52,601 nt of DNA, from the IMG/VR virus record IMGVR_UViG_3300045131_001121, positions 1 through 52,601 of that record. One strand, 5' to 3'. The position numbers and the translations under genes are program-made. Below are positions 38,033 through 47,900 of the stretch, piece by piece (position 1 is the first letter of the stretch; the number at the start of each line of letters is the position of its first letter). Origin of the DNA: a virus (lineage: Duplodnaviria > Caudoviricetes). The notes beneath the pieces were generated by a model. That model was not told the DNA's origin. It did no database searches and saw nothing but the letters and a program-made list of their open reading frames with translations.

Positions 38033-38935
38033 TTAAGTAAATGTTGGTGGTATTGATGCGAAGTTTGTTAAACCGGTGCAGTTTCTAAATGCATCAGTTC
38101 CAGCAGGTGTTGGTACTCTATTCCATAATTCAGGAGCAGTACCTACTAAAGCATTTGAAGTCGAACTCATATTATAAACTTGTGAGAATGTTGTTACCGC
38201 TGTATTAAATGTAAATTGTAATACATTTGTTAATGCTCTACAATTTCTAAATGTACCAGAGAAACTTGTTACATTGATATTTAGGTCAAATATAGTTGAT
38301 GGTACGGAAGTTAAACTCGCACAAGCAAAGAAACAAGATGCAAAAGATGATACATTTACTGCAATATCAAATAATCCAGTTGGTACAGTTGTTATCGTAT
38401 TAATTGTTGCAAATGCACTGGCAAATGATGTTACATTAGGTGAAAAATCAAATATATCTGCCGGTATGGATGTTATAGATGTACCATTCATAAAATTTGA
38501 AAAACTTAATATTTCATTTAATCCATCATACCCACCAACTGCACTTAATGATGCACTACTTGGTATAGAGGTTATATTTATACACCCATAAAAATTCAAT
38601 GTCCTCAATCCTACTGTACCAAATTGTATAATACTTGTTATTAAACTTCTTATTCCTACATTATTATTAACTTGAAATCCTGGCATAAATCCACTAATAG
38701 TAACTGTATAAGTTCCAGCTGAAACATATGTATGTATTCTATCTACTGAAGATGATGATGTTATCAAAGGCGATGCACTACTATCTCCCCAATTTATAGT
38801 CAATTGTGGTGTAAGTCCACCATAATCGGTAATTGGACATGTAAATACAGTATTACCCGATGTGGTTGTAATTTGAAACACAAACGGAAATGCTTGTGTT
38901 GAATCTGATTCTGCTAGTCTTCTTGCTATTCCCAT
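38033..38935 (-). CDS. PKD-like domain plus BspA/DUF285-type leucine-rich-repeat protein
   Basis: INWGD...HTY...GTYTVTISG; ~25-aa repeats (F..C..(L/I)T(S/T)(I/V)P..(L/I)FD...NVTSF). Confidence 0.75.
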   Translation of the reverse strand: MGIARRLAESDSTQAFPFVFQITTTSGNTVFTCPITDYGGLTPQLTINWGDSSASPLITSSSSVDRIHTYVSAGTYTVTISGFMPGFQVNNNVGIRSLITSIIQFGTVGLRTLNFYGCINITSIPSSASLSAVGGYDGLNEILSFSNFMNGTSITSIPADIFDFSPNVTSFASAFATINTITTVPTGLFDIAVNVSSFASCFFACASLTSVPSTIFDLNINVTSFSGTFRNCRALTNVLQFTFNTAVTTFSQVYNMSSTSNALVGTAPELWNRVPTPAGTDAFRNCTGLTNFASIPPTFT

Positions 38936-38939
38936 AATA

Positions 38940-41900
38940 TTAACTTAAATTTTTAGCTATTGTAAACCCATACCAACTCGTTCCACCGTCAAATGTATAA
39001 AATACTAATACATCTTCACCAGATGATGTCAATACGGGCTGAATACCACCTGCCCAATTAACCGTTGCCGGCCATGTAATTACAAATGCCCCAGCGTTTA
39101 CAGTTAGTAATGTAAATCCAAATGCTTTACCAACAGGTACGTTGATAAATGTTACTGTAGCTGTTCCATTAAATTGTCTTCTAAAATTATTTGCAGTTGA
39201 ACAATCTATTGGAGTACTAGCACCAGTTCCTAAATTATTATAAATTTCTCTATACGCAGTTGCTTCTAAATATGTACTAGCATCCAATCCACCGGTCAAT
39301 GTAATATCACCTGTTTGGGTTGTATTACCAACTATTGTTAACGTAGAACCATCATATGTTAAATTACTTTCAATATTAGCTTGAACAGGAGAATCCTGAT
39401 ATGTAAGTAATCCATTATTTGTTGAACCATTCAATGCAAATCCATTTGTACCAGATGTTCCGGATGTTACACCAGTTGCCGATGTACCACCACTTCCAGA
39501 AGTTCCGGATGTACCACTTACACCAGATGTACCAGATGAAAAGCCCGGAGCGTTTGTACCGGATGTACCACTTGTTCCAGTTTGTCCAGATGTTCCAGAA
39601 GTTCCTGATGAGAATCCCGGTGCGTTTGTTCCAGAAGTTCCAGCACTTCCATCAGTACCACTTATTCCTGAAGTACCAGATGTGCCAGAACTAAATCCTG
39701 GTGCGTTAGTACCGGATGTACCACTTGTTCCACCAGAGCCACCACTACCTTCTGAACCATTAATTCCACTTGTTCCACTACTTCCAAACATTGTACCATT
39801 TACTCCAGATGTACCAGAAACTCCAGAAGTTCCTGAAGTTCCATTACTTGCAGAAGAACCAGATGTTCCATCACTTCCCGAAGTACCGGATGTACCACTA
39901 CTTCCAAAGAATGTTCCATTTACTCCAGATGAACCAGAAATTCCTGAAGTTCCTGAACTTCCACTAGTTCCTGATATACCAGATGTACCACTTGTACCAT
40001 CACTACCGGATGTACCAGAACTTCCGAAGAATGTACCATTTACTCCAGATGTACCAGAAATTCCTGATGTACCCGATGTACCAGATGTACCCGAAGTTCC
40101 TGAAGTTCCTGATGTACCAGAAGTTCCACTGCTGCCAAATAAAGTTCCATCTAATCCAGATGTACCAGAAATCCCTGAAGTACCCGATGTACCTGATGTA
40201 CCCGAAGTTCCACTAGTACCATCTGAACCAGATATACCTGATGTACCACTACTTCCAAAGAATGTTCCATCTAAACCAGATGTACCAGATATTCCTGAAG
40301 TTCCACTTGTACCAGATGTACCCGAAGTACCATCACTACCAGAAGTTCCCGAAGTTCCACTACTTCCAAATAAAGTTCCATCCAATCCAGATGTTCCGGA
40401 AATTCCTGAAGTTCCAGATGTTCCAGAAGTACCATCACTACCAGAAGTTCCTGATGTACCACTTTCACCACTCGTACCACTACTTCCAAAGAACGTACCA
40501 TTAACACCAGATGTACCACTTGTTCCATCAGTTCCTGATATTCCAGATGTACCAGATACACCACTCGTGCCATCTGAACCAGATGTGCCAGAAGTACCAC
40601 TGCTTCCAAAGAATGTTCCATTCAGTCCTGATGTACCAGATGTTCCATCCGTTCCGGATACACCAGATGTTCCTGAAGTTCCATTTATACCAGAAGTGCC
40701 TGATGTTCCGTCTATACCCGAAGTTCCACTACTTCCAAAGAAAGTTCCATTTACTCCGGATGTACCATCACTACCAGAGGTGCCACTTGTTCCCGAAGTT
40801 CCACTACTACCAGAAGTTCCGGATGAACCATCTATACCAGAAGTTCCACTACTTCCAAAGAAAGTTCCATTTACTCCGGATGTTCCCGAAGTTCCCGAAG
40901 TTCCAGAAGTTCCAGATGTTCCAGAAGTACCATCACTACCGGATGTTCCCGATGTACCCGAAGTTCCATCTATACCAGAAGTGCCTGATGTTCCAGAAGT
41001 TCCGTTAGTACCACTTGAACCAGACGTTCCCGATGTACCATCACTTCCCGAAGTTCCAGAAGTTCCGCTTGTACCATTAATTCCAGATGTTCCACTCGTG
41101 CCACTTGTACCTTCACTACCATTAGTACCACTCGTGCCCGATGTACCAGAAGTTCCATCACTACCGGAAGTTCCTGATGTACCATTTATACCAGAAGTTC
41201 CAGAAGTACCGGATGTACCATCAGTTCCAATTCCGCTTGTACCAGAAGTTCCTGATGTGCCGCTTGTGCCATCACTACCACTCGTACCGCTTGTACCAGA
41301 AGTTCCCGATGTTCCACTTGTACCCTCACTGCCATTGGTGCCAGATGTACCAGATGTTCCGGATGTACCATCAGAACCAGATGTTCCAGAAGTTGCTGAT
41401 GTTCCCGAAGTTCCAGAAGTTCCCGATGTACCGGATGTGCCTGAAGTTCCAGAAGTTCCTGAAGTACCCGAAGTACCATCTATTCCACTCGTTCCAGAAC
41501 TACCAGAAGTTCCGCTTGTTCCTGAAGTACCCGAAGTTCCAGAAGTTCCTGAAGAACCTTCACTTCCCGAAGTACCCGAAGTTCCAGATGTTCCAGAAGT
41601 ACCCGAAGTACCATCAGAACCAGTACTTCCGGATGTTCCTGAAGTTCCAGATGTTCCAGAAGTTCCTGATGTACCTGATGTTCCACTTATACCATCACTA
41701 CCAGAAGTTCCAGAAGTTCCTGATGTACCATCTATGCCAGATGTACCGGACGTTCCTGATGTACCAGATGTACCAGCTGTGCCAGAAGTTCCTGATGAAC
41801 CAGTTCCACCACTCGTACCGGATGTTCCCGAAGTTCCACTAGTTCCTGAAGACCCACCGGTACCCGTACTACCAGAAGTTCCACTACTTCCTGCAGTACC

Positions 41901-44900
41901 ACCACTACCCGCAGTACCAGAAGTTCCACTTGTTCCACTTGTTCCGGAAGTTCCTGAAGAACCACCACTACCAGAAGTTCCTGAAGAACCACCACTACCA
42001 GAAGTTCCAGATGTTCCTGAAGTTCCCCCACTACCAGATGTTCCGGATGTTCCGGATGTTCCAGAAGTTCCAGAAGTTCCAGAAGTTCCAGATGTACCAC
42101 CACTTCCCGATGTTCCGGATGTTCCGGATGTTCCGGATGTTCCGGATGTTCCAGAAGTTCCTCTTGTACCAGATGTTCCCGAAGTTCCCGAAGTTCCCGA
42201 AGTTCCCGAAGTTCCTGAAGTTCCTGATGTACCCGAAGTTCCCGAAGTTCCTTCACTACCGGTTGTACCAGAAGTACCACTTGTACCAGATGTTCCTGAT
42301 GTACCAGATGTTCCCGATGTACCAGATGTTCCGGAAGTTCCCGAAGTACCAGAAGTTCCATCTACACCACTTGTTCCCGAAGTTCCGGAAGTGCCTGAAG
42401 TACCCGATGTACCATCCACGCCACTGGTTCCGGAAGTTCCGGAAGTGCCTGATGTGCCTGATGTGCCCGAAGTTCCTTCAGAGCCATTTGTACCCGATTC
42501 ACCAGATGTACCGGATGAACCTTGTACACCTGCTATATTTCTTCTTTCTAATCTTTTATTTGCAGAATTCCAAACAACTACGTCTTCAGCTGAGCCCGAT
42601 ATTAAATTTCCTAAAAATACACTACCAGTAACACCCAAACTACCACTAATTGTAAGTGATGCATTAATTGTACTATTTGTATTAATTTGTAAGAATGATG
42701 CCGTATCAGTATTACCAGATGCTAATGCAAACATCGCATATGATGCGGTGAATGCTAACGATGCAGTGCCAACTAACATTGAAGAAGTTTGTGAACTAAG
42801 TAAATCACCAGTACCACCACCACTTCCACCGCCACCTAATATCCTTACCAATACACCATCTGAACCCGATGCTATTACATCAACACCAGAACCAGTAAAA
42901 TGAATTTTTCCTACTTGTGCTTTTACTAATGAACTAGTTTGGTATATAAATAATTCAGTACCACCACCTTGTCCTGCATTTAATGCGTATGAAGCTGTTA
43001 ATGCATAAGATGCACTCACTGCACTAAATACACGCATTGAAGAAGTTTGGTCATTTCTCACATAAGCATTTGCATTCGCCAAAGATGCAGATAACGATAC
43101 CAATGATGCTGAATCAAATCCAGTCACCGCATCTGCTAATAAAGCTTTTCTAGCAAATGATGCTGATAAAACCTCACCAAAAACTCTATCTCCACCAATT
43201 GTACCACTTATCAAAGAACCACCACTACCAATTACAACGTGTCCGGAAGTTAATCCAGCAAATTTAACTTGTATTGTATTATTATCAATTGATTTAATAG
43301 TACCAGCCATAATCTGGTCTTCCGAACCAGTAGCGTATACCTGAACTATTGGATAACGAATATCTAAATTATGTACAATTGTTAAATCACTTACATTATT
43401 AAATGATACAGTTTCAGTTAATGATGTTTCCGGTTGAGGTATGAAGTATCCTTGCGTTGGATTGAATCTTAAAATATCATATTCTGCACTAGCAGTAGCT
43501 CCAGCTCCTTGAAAATTATATGTACCTAAGAATGAACCGCTAAATAATTGAGATTTAATAACACCACTTGCCGTAATATTATTTACTAATATTTTATTCG
43601 ATACATCCAAATCACCTTGTATAGATGCTGATGTATTTACAACTAATCCTAAATTTGGAGAAATTTGTGCAGTTACAGAACCAGATTGTAATAGAGAAGT
43701 TTCAAATGCTAAATTAGCAATATTAATATTTCTTAATCCACTACCATCTCCAATAAATGAAGAACCGGATGCTGCTATTACATTTCCACCACTAACAAAT
43801 ATAGAACCACTCACAGTTAATGAACCAGAGAATATTCTTACAGATGTATTTATTTCTAATCCTTTGTTTGGTGATATTACACCTTCAACAGAACCAGATA
43901 TGATTCTATCTAACTTAAGGTCTTGTAATGCGTTTGCAGGAATGTTAAATAAACCACCACCATCGCCTATATAAAGTGCTGCTGTTATTGGTACGTTTAC
44001 ATCTAATTTATTTGGGTCTATAATTGCTCTACCAGAACCAGATTGAATTCTATCTAATTGTAAATCTTCTAATGCCGATGCTGGGATGTTGAATAAACCA
44101 CCACCATCTCCATCAAAACGAGATGCGGACATTGAACCACTAATATTAACCGAACCGGTAAATATAGCACCATAATATGAGCCAGAGTTAGAACCTACAC
44201 TAGAGAAATTTCCCTTTGTTGTTACAATAAATTGTATTCCACTTTGTACAGATGCAGTTGCCGAACCACTTGCTATCAATGGTGCTGCTGATGCCTGTAC
44301 ATTGGTTAATTGAGAACCATCTCCACTAAATGAAAATGCTCTAATACTACCACTCACATCGATTGAACCCGTAAATCTAGAACCAATAGCCGAACCAGTT
44401 GCTCCGGTTGTTACTACAAATGAATCACCACTTTGAACTGATGCAGTTGCAGAACCACTACCAATAAATGGAGCTGCCGCGGCTTGTACATTTGTTATAA
44501 AACTACCATCGCCTAATATAAATTGGGCTTTGATACTACCACTTATATCAACCGAGCCGGTAAATTGAGAACCAAATTGTACATCCTGTCCACTTCCGGT
44601 TGCTCCGGTTGTTACTACGAATCTATCTCCACTGGCTACCGATGCAGTTGCAGAACCACTTGCTATTAAAGGTGATGCTGCAGCTTGCACGTTTGTTATT
44701 TGTGAACCATCTCCTATGAATGCAAATGCTCTTACCGAACCACTCACGTCAATTGAACCAGTAAATTGAGAACCTATTTGAGAACCAGTAGACGTTGTTT
44801 GTACTCTAAATCCGAAATCTGGACTTACAGAAGCAGTTATCGAACCGGATTTAATTTCCGTACTAACAAGTGCATCTTCTGTTAACGCAGAACGAGGAAT

Positions 44901-47900
44901 ATTTCTTAGGAATGTACCCTCACCATAATATACTGAGGATGATGCTAAAAATAATCCACCACTTATTTCATTTATAAATAAACTTCCACTTATATCAACC
45001 GAGCCCGTTAAACGTGACCCGATTTGAGTATCATATATAAAATTTGGGTTACCATTTACTACGTTAATAGTACCAGCCATCGATGAGTGCAATTGGCAGT
45101 TATAATATAATGTATTTGGTGCACTACCAGAAACTAAGAATCTTATTTGGCCATTATCTTCACCATTATTAGTTACCCAAGAATAATATCCACTATTAGT
45201 ACCAATTGCACTTGCCGAATTAATCCAAAATGGATGACCGGTTGCATTTACATTAAAAACATATTCATAATTTCTATGCAATGTAAGTGTAGGATTTGAA
45301 CCACTTAGTAACCCGTTACTTATATTATAATTACCACTTCCATCATTAGTTACAGTGAATACGTTATCAAATGATAAAGAAGATGTAAATGGAGTTGTTA
45401 CTTTAAATCCAAAATCTGGACTAACCGAAGCAGTTACACTACCACTTTTAATTTCAGAAGATACCAATGCATCTTCGGTTAATGCTGCTCTAGGAATTTC
45501 TCTTAAGAAAGTTCCTAATGAATAAATAAATGAAGATGAATCTATTCTAATACTTCCACTAAAATCAGAACCACTTTCAAATGATGCTACTCTAAATCCA
45601 AAAGCGGGTGATACAGATGCAGTTACACTACCACTAGCAATTCTAACAGTATCACCAGATATTGCAGATTGTGGAATATCAAATAATCCTTTACCACTAC
45701 CACTAAACATTGATGCAGTAACATTACCAATTACTTTTGTTTCACCAATTAATTTTATTTCAGCTGGAACGTATAATGCATCTACTACGTTAATAGTACC
45801 CGCCATTGATGAGTGTAATTGGCAATTATAATATAGGGTATCGGGTGCACTACCAGAAACTAAAAACGTTATATCTCCAACATCATCACCATTATTCATT
45901 ACCCAACTACCATAGTTATTTTCTGTACCTGTACTATTTACAGTCTTAATCCAAAATGGATGTCCACTTGCATTTACACTAAATGTATAGTTTACATTTC
46001 TAACTAAAGTTAAAGTTGGATTTGAACCACTTACTAATCTATTACTAATATTATAAAGACCACTACCCTCATTTGTTACAATAAATGTAGTATCTATTTC
46101 ATAATTAGGTATTGGTCTTGCCGATGATGATACAATAAAACTACCACTAATTGTAGAGAATGTATTTACTGTAAGTCCAAAATCAGGAGAAATAGATGCG
46201 GTTACCGAACCACTTGCAATTCTATTAATTTTAAATGATAATGCAGATTCAGGAATATCAGATAATCCAGCACCACTACCACTAAAGAATGAACCAGTTT
46301 CAACTCTTATGTATCCACCACTTACAAATAAACTTCCGCTAAATTGAGAACCACTTGCTATTGATGTTACTTTAAATCCTTCATTGGGTGATACAGATGC
46401 GGTTACCGAACCTGATTTGATTTCAGTAGATATTAAAGCCTCTTCTGTCAATGCATTACGAGGAATGTTTCTTAAAAACGTACCTTCTGAATATATGAAA
46501 GATGATGAATCAATTCTAATACTTCCACTAAAATCAGAACCACTTTCGAATGATTCTACTCTAAAACCAAATACAGGAGATACGGATGCAGTTACACTAC
46601 CGCTTGATATTCTAAATACTTCCGATGATAATGCAGATTGTGGAATATCAAATAAACCTCTACCACTGCCACTAAATACAGATGCAGATATTGAACCAGA
46701 AAAATTAGATACGTCTGCAAATACTTGAAATCCTTTATTTGGGGAAATTGATGCAGTTACACTACCACTAAATATTTTTGAGGTATCTAAATTAGAAAGT
46801 GCTGATATTGGTATATTAAATAATTTATCACCACTTCCACTAAATGAACCAGAATATAATTCTATACTACCACTTACAAATATAGAACCAGTAAATTGTG
46901 AACCACTTTGTGACGATTCTACTCTAAATCCAAATTCAGGAGATACGGATGCAGTTACACTGCCAGATGCAATTTTATTTGGAGAAAATGAAAGGGCGGA
47001 TTCCGGAATATCAAATAAGTTAGCACCACTGCCAGAATAAACTGAACCTGATGTGATTGAGATATTTCCACTTACAAATAAATTTCCAACAAAAGTAGAA
47101 CCAGCCGTAACAGATGTTACTACAAACCCCTCAACAGGAGAAACCGATGCAGTTACGGATCCAGATACTATTTTTGTTGCTACTTGCGGAGATACTATTA
47201 TTCCCGTTAATCTACTACCATCTCCTTGAAACGAACCACTAATATCAGAACCACTTACTTCGTTAGTAAAAACTTGAAATACTCTAAGACTTCCACTTAT
47301 ATCAACACTACCAGTAAATTGAGACCCACTTAAAGGTGATTCTACTTTAAATCCAAATGTAGGTGATACCGATGCTGTTATACTACCACTTGCTATTCTA
47401 GATGGTGAAAATGATAATGCCGATTCTGGAATATCAAATAACCCAGCTCCACTACCAGTAAACATTGATGCAGTTATTGTTGATTTAAATATTGCCGGTT
47501 GGCTTACGTTTAAACTACCACTTACAATTACATCTCCAATAATTAGAACTTCTGGTCTCCTTTGTAAAAAGGCATCTACTACATTAATTACACCAGCCAT
47601 TGCGATGTGATATTGGCAATTGTAATATAGTATTGATGGTGCATCATATGGTACAACAAACTCTATTGTTCCAAGATCTTCACCATTGTTTGTTACTCCG
47701 GTGTCATATGTATTTCCAGTACCATTTGAGCTTATTGTTTTTATGTAAAATGGATGTCCAGATGCGTTTATATTAAATGTATAGGTTACTCCTCTTACTA
47801 ATGTTATTGTTGGGTTTTGGTTTATAGTATTACCATTAAAACGATAAGCCGCAGTATCATCATTTGTTACATTAAATACTTTATCCAAAGATTCCGATGG

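Noticed and set aside
33985-42525. CRISPR array or DGR template/variable repeats
   Set aside because: The repeats are in-frame coding units with synonymous variation. There are no unique spacers, no adenine-specific mismatch pairs that I could see, and no cas or reverse transcriptase gene.
34797-42903. Long plus-strand ORFs (520 aa and 1073 aa of PEVPDV...) and other-frame M/F/Q/K or L/E/H/V-rich ORFs
   Set aside because: They are antisense or alternate-frame shadows of the (SGT)n tracts, whose codons yield few stops in other frames. They have no independent expression signals.
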